A DNA stretch of 64,000 bases from Eledone cirrhosa (taxonomy: Eukaryota). Under the pieces are notes generated by a model. It made no database searches. It was given only the letters and a program-made list of their open reading frames with translations, and was not told where the DNA came from. Shown piece after piece: positions 25,060 to 37,183 of this stretch. The position numbers and the translations under genes are program-made. The stretch is taken from positions 209,436,001 through 209,500,000 of the forward strand of contig OZ024740.1 in the NCBI GenBank assembly GCA_964016885.1. Reading direction: 5' to 3'. Every line of letters starts with the position of its first letter. Positions within the stretch are counted from its first letter, which is position 1.

Positions 25060-26581
25060 ATATCAGATGTGGTGTATATAGCAAGTGAGATGTCAAGTGT
25101 ATATATCAGATGTGGTGTATATAGCAAGTGAGATGTCAAGTGTATATATCAGATGTGGTGTATATAGCAAGTGAGATGTCAAGTGTATATATCAGATGTG
25201 GTGTATATAGCAAGTGAGATGTCTAGTGTATATATCAGATGTGGTGTATATAGCAAGTGAGATATCAAGTGTATATATCAGATGTGGTGTATATAGCAAG
25301 TGAGATGTCAAGTGTATATATCAGATGTGGTGTATGTAGCAAGTGAGATGTCAAGTGTATATATCAGATGTGGTGTATATAGCAAGTGAGATGTCAAGTG
25401 TATATATCAGATGTGGTGTATATATCAGATGTGGTGTATATAGCAAGTGAGATGTCAAGTGTATATATCAGATGTGGTGTATATAGCAAGTGAGATGTCA
25501 AGTGTATATATCAGATGTGGTGTATATAGCAAGTGAGATGTCAAGTGTATATATCAGATGTGGTGTATATAGCAAGTGAGATGTTGAGTGTGTATATCAG
25601 ATGTGGTGTATATAGCAAGTGAGATGTCAAGTGTATATATCAGATGTGGTGTATATAGAAAGTAAGATGTCAAGTGTATACATCAGATGTGGTGTATATA
25701 GAAAGTAAGATGTCAAGTGTATATATCAGATGTGGTGTATATAGCAAGTGATATGTCAAGTGTATATATCAGATGTGGTGTATATAGCAAGTGAGATGTC
25801 AAGTGTATATATCAGATGTGGTGTATATAGCAAGTGAGATGTCGAGTGTATATATCAGATGTGGTGTATATAGCAAGTGAGATGTCTAGTGTATATATCA
25901 GATGTGGGGTATATAGCAAGTGAGATGTCAAGTGTATATATCAGATGTGATATATATAGCAAGTGAGATGTCAAGTGTATATATTAGATGTGGTGTATAT
26001 AGCAAGTGAGATGTCAAGTATATATATTAGATGTGGTGTATATAGCAAGTGAGATGTCAAGTATATATATTAGATGTGGTGTATATAGCAAGTGAGATGT
26101 CAAGTGTATAATATTAGATGTGGTGTATATAGCAAGTGAGATGTCTAGTGTATATATCAGATGTGGTGTATATAGCAAGTGAGATGTCTAGTGTATATAT
26201 CAGATGTGGTGTATATAGCAAGTGAGATGTCTAGTGTGTATATCAGATGTGGTGTATATAGCAAGTGAGATGTCTAGTGTATATATCAGATGTGGTGTAT
26301 ATAGAAAGTGAGATGTCGAGTGTATATATTAGATGTTGTGTATATAGCAAGTGAGATGTCTAGTGTATATATCAGATGTGGTGTATATAGCAAGTAAGAT
26401 GTCTAGTGTATATATCAGATGTGGTGTATATAGCAAGTGAGATGTCTAGTGTATATATCAGATGTGGTGTATATAGCAAGTGAGATGTCAAGTGTATATA
26501 TCAGATGTGGTGTATATAGCAAGTGAGATGTCTAGTGTATATATCAAATGTGGTGTATATAGAAAGTAAGATATCAAGTGT
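25060..26581 (+). repeat. 43-bp minisatellite, ~35 copies
   Basis: Unit gcaagtgagatgtcaagtgtatatatcagatgtggtgtatata, built from two related agatgt..gtgtatata halves. Confidence 0.97.
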
Positions 26582-27111
26582 AATGGTTGATAGTATTTGA
26601 TGTTTTCTGATATTGCTTTTAGGAAAGTATCCAGTGGATTTGGTGTGTGTTGCTTTAAAGTCTCTATTTTTTTAGCCAAGTTTCTAGGTGATTGATGTAA
26701 GGGTTGGAATAGATGTGAAGCTGTGTCTGTAGTATGGAAGAAGTAGAAGTATGGTGTCATCTTTATATGGGAATATGTGTATGATTTGAGAAGAAACTCA
26801 TATTTGGTTGCTCAGCCTGCTAGAATTTAGCTGCTAAATCTTCAAAGTTTACATTAGTCTTAAAAATGGATAAATATACTGTATATTTTTTTAACTGTTA
26901 AATTCCCAATGAACAACGGAGAGTACTTCCTTTACATAAATATTACCAAAGTGTATGCCATAAGATAACATTGTAAAGTTAGATAAAATAAAAATATTTA
27001 AATAAAACAAAAAAGGAAAGGGAAAGAAGAATAAGATAAAAGAGAATGAAGTGGCGAAGGAAGGGAGGGAGGGACAGACTCTATTCTCCAGTCAGAGTGG
27101 TATAAATGCTT

Positions 27112-27585
27112 TAATATGAGTGTGTCTGTGAAATATATACACATACACCAGGTCCAAACACAAAGGAACCAAACTCCCACTGTCAATGTCTCCATCTTTC
27201 ACTATTGTGAGCAAATGGGGGCCCACACACTGGTTGCCCTTGCAGCCCCGACAGACAGAATAGTGAAGGTGTTTCCTCAGAGGCTCACACCTGTGGGTAG
27301 CCAACTCTGTGCCGATGGTGGTGAGTAGGTAGATGGCCTTAAGGCCAAGTCACCAGAAGTCTCCACTGCTATGGGCTCAAACGCAAACCCGTTAGAGAGC
27401 AACCGATATTTGGAGAGTTTACCCTCCTTAGCCTGAGGTGCAGCAGAACCTGGGTTAGTTGCAGACTGCATTAGGTTGCCACTGGAGAATGTGTTGCCTG
27501 TGGCCTCCCAGATGAGGGGTTTACTACCATGGAATGGGAAGATGGTCATGCTGTCTGGCCATTTGTCGTCCCCTTGGACCAGCTC
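27112..27585 (-). mobile_element. CRE-clade LINE 3' end (restriction-like endonuclease domain and 3' UTR)
   Basis: FPFHGSKPLIWEAT..SATNPGSAA..KLSKYRLL..FEPIAVETSG; paralogous to 40510-40950. Confidence 0.8.
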
Positions 27586-28225
27586 TGAAATTAATCCTGA
27601 ATATAAATATTCCAGAAAAGAGAAGATAGAATGACCATGTCTTGAATGCCAGAAGAATGATGAAGGTGTTGTTAGTTGACAGTAAAAATGGCCTGTAGTA
27701 GAGGCTGGCCAATAAAAGACTTGGGAAAACAGTAATCAGAATAGGCCTAAGAGAATTAGGACCTTACAAAAGAGCTGATAGAGAATTAAGGCTTGTATTG
27801 TTGACCTATTCAAGCTGTGTTAGTAAGGAGTAGTGGTAAGAAACTCTCAGAAGAGCTGGTCTGAAGAGCAATGCAAAAGTTGATAATGAGTGTGATAATG
27901 AAAATCAATAGAATTTAAAAATATCTGAAATATAAATTTTACAAATTAATTTATCTTGTACATAAGAGGACTTACCATTCAATTTATACAAGTTGTTTTT
28001 TCTTGTTGGTTAGAAATAAATTTCAACAAAGTTACATGTTTAACACATTTCCATTGTTATATTATAGTTAAATATTAAGAATTGTTAGAACGGCCAACAA
28101 AAGGCTTTGTAACATTTAGTTAGTCATTTATGTTCTGAGTTCAAATCCTGCCACGGTCAACTCTGCATTTCATTCTTCCAGAGTCAATAAAATAAAGTAC
28201 CAGTAAAATATTGGAGTTGATTTAA

Positions 28226-28774
28226 CCTTTTAGCATTTATGCACATGGCTTAGTGGTTAGAGCATTGGCCTTGCAATCAAAAGGTTGTGAGTTCAATTCT
28301 CAGACCGGGTGATGTGTTGTTTCCTTGAGCAAGACACTTTATTTCACATTGCTCCAGTTTACTCAGCTGTAGAAATAAGATGATAGGGACTGGGGTCCCT
28401 ATCACTCCACTGCAAAGTGGTCGTGGAGGTGCCACGGCAAAAAAGCACCCAGCACTCACTGTAAATGAGGTTGGTGTTAGAGGGCATCCAGCTGTAGAAA
28501 TCAAGCCAGAATCAGTTCCCGTCCCACCCTTGCAAGCAGGGAAGAAGCGGACGTAAAATGAAATGATGATGATGATGATGATGATATACTATAGTATTTC
28601 CACGGTAAAGGCTTTATCTAACATGAATATCTCACATAATATCGAATCTATGAGATTTTGATATATATTTTGAGAACAATACTTTAACATCGGTATGAGC
28701 ATCCGGTTATGACTGGTTTGAACAGAAAGAGGTGAGAACAGAAACCGGATACGGCCAGTTTAAATGCTAAAAGG
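28226..28774 (-). mobile_element. TTAA MITE family 1 split by a SINE
   Basis: TTAA|CCTTTTAGCATTTA at 28222; MITE body resumes at ~28585 and ends TAAATGCTAAAAGG|TTAA. Confidence 0.85.
28241..28584 (+). mobile_element. SINE family C (tRNA head, CORE-like block, RTE-derived tail, (GAT)n)
   Basis: TGGCTTAGTGGTTAG A-box, GAGTTCAATT B-box, CCTTGAGCAAGACACTTT, AGGGCATCCAGCTGTAGAAA, GGACGTAAAATG(ATG)n; near-identical to the 49232 and 49763 copies. Confidence 0.92.
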
Positions 28775-28882
28775 TTAATCAGCTTCCTCCTCACTTAAAA
28801 TTGCTAGACTTGTGCCAATGTTAGAAACAATAATATGGTTAAATATTTCTGACTTTTTATTGATTTTTTTTTTCTTTTTTAG

Positions 28883-28925
28883 GTGAGAAAACTTCTGTTT
28901 TTATCTCTTGATACATTTGCAAACT
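28883..28925 (+). other. candidate 43-nt internal exon of a host gene
   Basis: Long T-rich tract + TAG acceptor, and donor GTAAGT at 28926; only phase 0 is open (VRKLLFLSLDTFAN); unique sequence. Confidence 0.6.
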
Positions 28926-29745
28926 GTAAGTATTGAGCCTTTTAATCAAGAAAGGCAAATAATTATATTTTGTTGAATGCAGGCCCATCACCTGCATATC
29001 ATGGTACTTCCACTGACACCTACTTTTCAATGGTGTCCCTTCAGATTTAGAAAACAGAGTTTATAAAAAACACATCCTTAAATATGTTCCATGTGAAAGA
29101 ATGTCCACCCAGAATGTCTCCCATCCCCCACCCAGAACCAAAACCTGGTAATAAATCTGGTTGAACTATAATATATGTTGTATAATGTATGTGTTGGGAG
29201 ATGTTCTTGTTTAGTCACGTGTCATTGTTGATTGAGCAGATCTATGCTCAAAAGTCATTCCAGCCATGGCCATTCGTCTTTTTTTTTCAGGAATTGTATA
29301 ACCTGGACTACATTATCCAATGTGTTCTTTTTAACCCTTTTGATATCAGCACAGTTTACACCAGCTCTGGTTCTATAAAACAAAACGCCACACTTTAAAG
29401 GGTCCTTATTTAAATATAAATCTTTCAACATAATTTCATATAAGAATCTTATGTTAAATTACTATCTTGGTAATGAAATAATTAATAATTTTAGTAAATG
29501 TCTCAAAATTCAGTGTTAATTAATCGAAATAGAGTGTATTTCATTAGAAATACTGTCCCACATGGAATACAGATAGTTGGACATGATTTGAGGGATTTGA
29601 TACTATTTCTAGCAGGTCAAGCAACTATATAGAGGCTTCCTTGGGGGAGTGTGTAGGATGTAAGTTTAGTGACAATATATTCTTAGTGACTCATATCGGA
29701 GACCCAATTTTCATACTCAGTAGGAAACTCATCAAAATAGTTTAA

Positions 29746-29966
29746 CCCTTTAATGTTCAAACCGGCCAAAATCGGCCAGAATTCTCTACCTCTTTCTGTT
29801 GGAACTGGCTGTAACTGGCCACTCATACTGATGTAAAGGTATTGTTCTCAAAATAAATGCTTTCAAAATCTCATAGATTCGATATTATGTGAGATAATTA
29901 TGCGAGGTAAAGCCTTTACAATGAAAATATAATAGTATATATAGAGTAATGTGAATGCTTTAAGGG
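29746..29966 (+). mobile_element. TTAA MITE family 1
   Basis: TTAA flanks and TIRs. Confidence 0.9.
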
Positions 29967-30529
29967 TTAAGCTTGACTTGGTTATAGAGTTTACATGCAT
30001 TAAATCACATATACACTCTATGTTCTTAAAACTATGAAGTACTAAATTGCATCATATATAATTTTATTTTTGAAAGTCACTTCCACATTTTCTTTGAAAA
30101 ATAAAATGTTTACTCTGCTTTATGTATTGAGTACTCATCTAATTAATATTTCACTGCCTCTATGTATGATTATACATAAACTAAACTGGATTTGGAGTAT
30201 CAATACAACTTTCTAATTGATGCTGGGCCTGCTACCACTCTGTATGCAAATGAGTTTCATCAGCTCATAAACATGAGTAGAATTTTATAAGAATCCAGCT
30301 TAGTTTAGCTTCAGCAAAAGTGGAGAGATATGTAGTCTTGACAACCACTTGCCATGAGTGAGAAACGGCGGCATTGTTGATTACTTCCTTCTGCTTTTGT
30401 TGAAGCTAGAGGTATCTGACGTTTGTCACAACCTTAAAATTCATAGCGAAAGGCCTTCAAAATGTTTTTTTCATAAACATACCGTATATTGTTAAATATA
30501 CAATACTTACATTCATATATATATAGAGA

Positions 30530-30805
30530 GATTCGTTAAGATGTCGGATAGAATGCTTTACAGTATTTGTCCCACCTCATTGCGTGCTCTGAGTTCAAAT
30601 CCTGCTGGGGTCAACTTTACCTTTCATCCTTTCAAGGTCGATAAAAAAAAGTACCAGTCCAGTATTGGGGTCGATTCTTCCTCTATAGAAAAAAATCGGC
30701 TGTGTTCAAGACCTGGAGAAGGTTGGGCTCTGCCAGGTTTAAAAGTTCCCTAGACACGCCATATGACAGTGCCTCTACGACTCCACAAGGAGTTATGGGA
30801 TCTTT
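30530..30805 (+). mobile_element. SINE family B
   Basis: Head, B-box GAGTTCAAATCC, central block and family B tail. Confidence 0.8.
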
Positions 30806-30901
30806 ATCTTTCTCTCTCTCTCTCTGTGAATGAAGTAATTCCGTCGGGAAGGTACAGGAAAAAAGAGTGCTCTATGTAGGCTACAGAGCTTATTAGTTAT
30901 G

Positions 30902-31180
30902 TAATAAACAACATAAGATAATTATTTCATTTACCAGTGGTTTCTTGAAAGCAGATGTTGTATCTGTTTTCAGTCGTCAGAATGAATAAAAAACATGGTG
31001 TTTTTATTACATATGGATTTGAAAACAAAATTTTCTCAGCCTCTTTCATATTTCTTAAATTTTTCAATCCATGTTTAATAAAAACACCATGTTTTTTTTA
31101 TTCATTCTGACTACTGAAAACAGATACATCTGCTTTCAAGAAACCACTGGTAAATGAAATAATTATCTTATGTTGTTTAT

Positions 31181-31182
<2 letters not shown>
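30902..31182. repeat. inverted repeat, ~120-bp arms, ~35-bp spacer, ending at (TA)n
   Basis: 30902-31025 pairs with 31061-31182 with few mismatches and a 3-nt indel. Confidence 0.93.
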
Positions 31183-31226
<44 letters not shown>

Positions 31227-31422
31227 CATATATATACCAATATCCCTGCATCCATTTCTATATATTTATGTATACATAATTATTATTTCTTTATTGACAA
31301 ATGTTATCCTTGAAATAAATCTCTTCTTGGGGTTTTATAGTAAATGACTAAGCATCTACTATAGCATGGCTTAGCAGATTAAAGAAAAAATACGGTCATA
31401 AAAATATTGTTTGATTTGTATT

Positions 31423-31800
31423 TAAGTAGTAGTAGTAGTAGTAGTGGTGGTGGTGATGGTAGTAGTAGTAGTAGTAGTAGTGGCAGCAGTAGTCGAAGTA
31501 GAATTAGCAAAAGTAGCAGTAGCTGTTGTAGTAGTGGTGGTGGTGGTGGTGGTAGTCATAGTAGTAGTATCAGCAACAGTAGCATTGGCTGCCGTAGTGG
31601 TGGTAGTCATAGTAGTAGTATTAGCAAGAGTAGCAGTAACTACTGTGGTGGTGATAGTAGTAGTAGTAGTGGTAGTAGTAGTATTAGCAACAGTAGCAGT
31701 AGTTACTGTGGTGGTGATAATAATAGTAGTAGTAGTATTAGCAACAGTAGCAGTGGCTCTTGTAGTGGTAGTAGTAGTAGTGAAAGTGGTAGTAGTAGTA
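31423..31800. repeat. cryptic (GTA/GTG/GCA)n trinucleotide tract
   Basis: Recurrent agtagtattagcaacagtagcagt...gtggtggt blocks. Confidence 0.9.
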
Positions 31801-34800
31801 GGACTCATTTCTTTGGTAAGATAATCTCAAGTCTACAGATTTCCTTTAAATCTCCTTAACTTAATTCTACACCCCCTCTAAGTTCAGAAATCTTTTAACT
31901 ACCTCTCCTTCCTCATTCCCTAAACCAGTTTACCACTCCTTTCTCTCTGAGCTTATCAGCTCAAAGCAGTGAGACACTAGGCATGTTTAAGAATATATTA
32001 CTTCTCCGAATGGTTTTAGCCTTCATTGTTGTTATATATATCATCATCATCTTTTAATGTCTATTTTCCATGCTAGCATGGGTTAGATGGGTTGTCCCAT
32101 TTGAGGTAAGTCAGGTCAGGTGATCGGATCTTGCTCATACAGAACTGTTTCTGGCTTGGTTTCTACAGGAAGATACTCTTCCTAATGCCAACCATATTTA
32201 CAGAGTGGACTGGGTACTTTTTGTAGTGACTCCTACGTGACTACTTTACAGTGTGGACTGGATGCTTTTTATTGTGGCACCAAAAGGACCACTATATATA
32301 TAGTTCAGGAAATGACAAGGCAAACAGAGAGAGATGCAAAAACAAAGTCTTTTTTGTATCTCGCTTATGGGTCATTCCACTGAAATTCAACAGTGGTCTG
32401 TTCCAGCGATCTTCAGATTTTCTTCAAATTTTCACCATTTTCATCCACAAGAGAAATAATTCCTGAAAATATTTGCTCCATAGTCTTACCAATTAGATTT
32501 TATGGTTATTTAAAGATTTGGGCAATTTCCGAAATTTTGAAAATATTGAATTTATTTGATTTTTATATGCCTAAGTTAATACTAAGTTTATCCCATGCCT
32601 TTGGAACTTAATTTACTTAATCTCCACCATCTGAAGTCTCTCAGACACTAAAACCCAATTGCCTTAAGCTGGCGATTTTAAAGAAAATGTTAACTGAAAA
32701 TTTGAAAGATCTGGGTCTTGAAAAAACACTCAAAGTTTAGGTGGCTATTTCTGAATACTAACAAATGATGAGTACCCCGTCTTCTCTAATCATGCAGTAT
32801 AGCTTGAAAACTTGACAGAACACTTGAATTCAGTTACCCAAAGGCCTGATTTCCAGTGCAACAAGGGGATTAAAAGCTGAAAAAGTGCAAAAAATGCATA
32901 TTTAAAAAAAATGTTTGAACCATGATAATTGCTTATCATGAAGTTGAAACCATATAAAATTATACATATTCTGAAAGTGCACCTGGAGGTGAGTCTACAA
33001 AAATAAAGTATTTTAACCTGATGTAAGAATGTATTTGCTTCCCCTGAAAATGGCTCGAAATGGAAATTCCCACTTTTGGGGGTAGTTCAGAGCCCCAAAA
33101 TTCAATGTGCCTCAATTTAGAAATTTTTCAAGCCTAAAAATTCTTGGACAAAAATACTAATGTGATTGGCAAATAAGGCTTCATATGTAAAAGCAGAAAC
33201 AATTCTTCAAGGTGCATTACTACTACTACTACCACCAGCACCAGCACCACTCTACTACCACCAGCACCAGCACCAGCACCACTCTACCACCACCATCGCC
33301 ACAACCAGTCTACTACCACCACCACCATGACTATTTGTACTGTTTCTTCCTCAACATTGATGTAACATTAAGGGTGGCAATGATAATCACAGCTTAATAC
33401 ATGTTGTATAGAATACTGTACTAGCAGATGATTTGAACCAAGTACCACACCAACCATTAAATGGTCACTTTAAAATTAGAACATCTGATACATATTTAAA
33501 GTTCCCCTGCTTCCACAACTATGGTGACTCATTGTAGCAATTTCACTCCCTTACACTTCCTAGTTTATATTAAACAACAAAAAATTAATGGTAAACTGCA
33601 ACTAACTTTGACATATTAGTCATAGCAGGTATTACTAGTTTCGTTTATTTTTAGTGATAGTTTTTTTCTATTGCATCAGTAAAAGAAAAGATTAGCCCCT
33701 TTTGATAGGAAACTGCTTCTGGTTCTATGATATTAAGCTGTTTATTTTAAAATGTTTATATTTATCTAACAGAAACTTCTATCTTAATTATAAGCAAAGA
33801 ATCGCAACCATTTGGTAGCTTCTGTTCTAAAGTTTCAAATGCACCTCTTGTTTATAGTTTAGCACTAAGTCAGCACTGATCAAATAGATATATGATCATT
33901 AAAAAGAATTCCATTAGTGACTATCCCGTGTTTTTAAAGACATAGTTCTAAAGACCAGCTTAAAAACGAAATTATTTTATTGAACCACTTCAATCAAATT
34001 CTTGATTTTCAAAATCATAGGCGGTGTCTTTTATTAGAAATATGGTAATGGAATAGTTAACACTTTGTCCGTAGCATTCTATGAAGATTACTTTTAAATT
34101 TAAGGCACCAAATTGGTAGAATCGTTAGAAGAATGGACATAATACTTTGCAGTATTCATTCCAGCTCTTTGTACTCTGAGTTTAAATTGCACCAAAGTCA
34201 ACTTTGTCAGTCATCCATTCGAGATTGATAAATAAAATACCAGCCCAGTGCTGGGATTAATTCTTCCTCTAAATCTCTTTCCCATTTCCTGACTTTCTCT
34301 TTCTCTGGAAAATAATCAGCTGTTTCAAACTAGGCTCTACTTGTTTTTAAAAGCTTAAGATGGTATGTCATGACAGCACCTTCATGACTCCACCAGGAGT
34401 TAAGGGCTATGGCATGATTTCTAAATTTAATTGCAGCATGGATGAACAGTTGAGACGTTTGCTTTGCAGTCATTAGGTTCTAGGTTCAATCCCACGGCAT
34501 GGCAGGTTGAACAAAGCCCTCTGAGTGAAACTATGTGGAAAATGTTTGGAAGCCTCTCTGACTTTTAATTCAAAGGGCTAGCTTTATCATACACAGTGTC
34601 ATGCTAAATGATGATCATCATCATCCATTTTCTATGCTTGCACGGATTAGACACGTTGTCACATTATGAGACAAGTCAGGTCAGGAGACCACATCTTGCT
34701 CATACAGATCTGTATTTTGGCTTGGTTTCTACAGGTGGGTGCCCTTCTTAATGCCAACCACATTACAGTATGGACTGGGTGCTTTTTATTGTGGCCTCAA

Positions 34801-35911
34801 AACAACCATCTAATAGGATGGGCTGAGTGCTATTTTATCATGCCACCATTTAATGGTGTGGACTAAGTGCCTTTTATCGAGACACCAAAACAATCATCTA
34901 ACAGAGTGGACTGGGTGCTTTTTAATGTGGCACCAAAATGACCATCTTAGAGAGTAGACTGAATGCTTTTTTTGTGTCACCTGCAAGAATTACTTAAGAG
35001 TACATGTCTGTTGAATACTTACTTGCCATTAACTAAACAACTAGAACACTCATCATCAAAACCACTGGATGTCCATTTACCTACATATATTTTTTAATTT
35101 GTTGTTGATGTTGTATCCTATATGTCCTGTGAATTCAAAGCATCAGCATGTTAAAAAATAATAAAGATACATCAATATCAACACACTAGCATAAAGCAAG
35201 CTGTTCTGTAGTTTAAAACATTATAATAGCTTTCTGAAACATATCTTTTAGGCTTTGGCAAGTATGGTAAAGACTATTCTTTACTGAGGAGGTTTAATAA
35301 AACCAAAATATGTTCAGAGTTATCTAGAAAGAATCAAAATAATATAAGTCAATGACTAACATATATAGGCAGTGAATTGAGTCGTTTGAACATTGGATAG
35401 AGTGCTTTGTGGTATTCGTTCCAGCTCTCTCCTCTGAATTCAATTCCCACAGAGGTAAACCTTGCCTTTCATCCTTTCGGGATCAATAAAAAAAAACTAC
35501 CAGTCTAGTACTGGGACCGATTCTTCCTCTATATCTCTTTCTCACCTTTTCACTCTCAATTTCTATCCTTCTTTGGAAAAGAAATCTATCTTTCTTTGAA
35601 AGAAATCTATGAAAATATCATTTTTGTCTGCTCCCTTGTCTTTTGTTTTTAGTTTGGATTGCCTCGGAAACGTAACTTTATTACATAAATGAGATCGCGT
35701 GACTGGTTACATGATTGAACAACCACATCGTCATGATCGTCATTGAAATATATATTACAACTTTGTTAATAAAGGACTCTTTAACATCTACACTGAACTT
35801 TGAACTTTCCTTATTCTACATATACTCCGTCACTGACTGACGAATCATATTTGGAAGAAAAAAAATGACGTTGAGTGCTTCAACCAAACTGCATCATTAT
35901 TTACTGATTGG

Positions 35912-36092
35912 CCGTGGATTGGCAGTATCGGTAGAGGGTCGGACGCCATGCTTTCCAGCATAGTTACGTCCCTTTACGATCTGAGTTCAAATCCCGCCGA
36001 GGTTGACTTTGCCTTTCATCCTTACGGGGTTGATAAAATAAAGTACCAGTAATGAACTGGTGATTGCTGGCCTTGTGCCTAAAGTAGAAACA
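35912..36092 (+). mobile_element. full-length SINE family A with 16-bp TSD
   Basis: attatttactgattgg at 35896-35911 and 36093-36108. Confidence 0.92.
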
Positions 36093-36194
36093 ATTATTTA
36101 CTGATTGGTGTGTTGTATACGCTACTCCATTTAGTCAGTATGTTTACTGTAAGTGTGTGTATGTATATGTGTGTGTATATATATATATATATAT

Positions 36195-36322
36195 ATAGGA
36201 ACAAGTAAGACCTCGACGGCTGAGCTCAAGCCGTTTCGACGGCTAATTCTGTACTCAATTGAGTACAGAATTAGCCGTCGAAACGGCTTGAGCTCAGCCG
36301 TCGGGGTCTTACTTGTTCCTAT
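36195..36322. repeat. 128-bp spacerless palindrome adjacent to (TA)n
   Basis: Centre caa|ttg at 36258/36259; one mismatch. Confidence 0.97.
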
Positions 36323-36399
36323 TACCCACTCTACTACCCTAAGTATTGAGTACTTTGGTGCGTTATGGTCCACCTGGTTTCTTACCACATTTCCTTCGT

Positions 36400-36467
<68 letters not shown>

Positions 36468-36470
<3 letters not shown>

Positions 36471-36770
36471 CGGGTAAAATTCCCAAGATCCATAGACGAT
36501 TTCTCTCCAGCGGTCTCTGTCCCTCATTATCGCTGCCATGTCCTGCGTCTCCTACAGACCAGTGTCTGTCCTTAGGGCATCAACATATCTTAACTTACAG
36601 GCTTATGGAATCCCCAAGAAGCTAGTGGACCTGAAATCACTGCTCTACACCAACACCAAAGCCCAATTCATTACACCTGATGGATGACAGAGTTCTTTGA
36701 GATACTGGCTGGAGTGCTCCAGGGAGATACATTGGCTCCCTACCTTTTTATCATCGTAGTGGACTATTGT
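36468..36770. mobile_element. RTE-clade LINE fragment with internal inversion
   Basis: Minus 36468-36590 encodes YVDALRTDTGL..MRDRDRWREIV (C-terminus); plus 36590-36770 encodes AYGIPKKLV..EFFEILAGVLQGDTLAPYLFIIVVDY (RT core). Confidence 0.8.
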
Positions 36771-37143
36771 ATATATATATTTATATTTATACACACACAT
36801 ATATATATATTCCTTTGAGAATTGATAATAGTTCTAACTTTGATATATATATGTTGATTTGATGCTATTTTTGTCAGCATGTACTTTAAACATTTATTTC
36901 CTTAAACTGAGTATGAAAGACTCTATGTGATTGTACACGTAGTGGCAGAAATTACAAGTAGAGTGTGTGGCTCGCTTCGGTCACTGAGCTTACTAGAAAT
37001 AGCAGTTAAATTTTCCTTCAACAACTCACTGTCGATTTAGAAGGAAAAAGTAGATCGCACTTTTATGACCGTCTGTCTATCGTTCGGCGCGTATATGATA
37101 TGCACACAGGCAACAGCAAATAACACACAAAAAACAGAGAGAG

Positions 37144-37183
<40 letters not shown>

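Noticed and set aside
505-26581. CRISPR-like appearance of the 56-, 29- and 43-bp arrays
   Set aside because: Units are contiguous with no unique spacers, there are no cas genes, and the context is eukaryotic
28241-28310. tRNA gene (A-box, TGC anticodon-like loop, B-box), also at 49240 and 50030
   Set aside because: No closing acceptor stem or T-run terminator; continues into a SINE body
31407-31859. Ser/Gly-, Thr- and Val-rich ORFs
   Set aside because: By-products of a trinucleotide tract; no splice or codon evidence
32300-33210. Possible DNA-transposon remnant
   Set aside because: No TIR pair, TSD or recognisable protein motif could be established by eye
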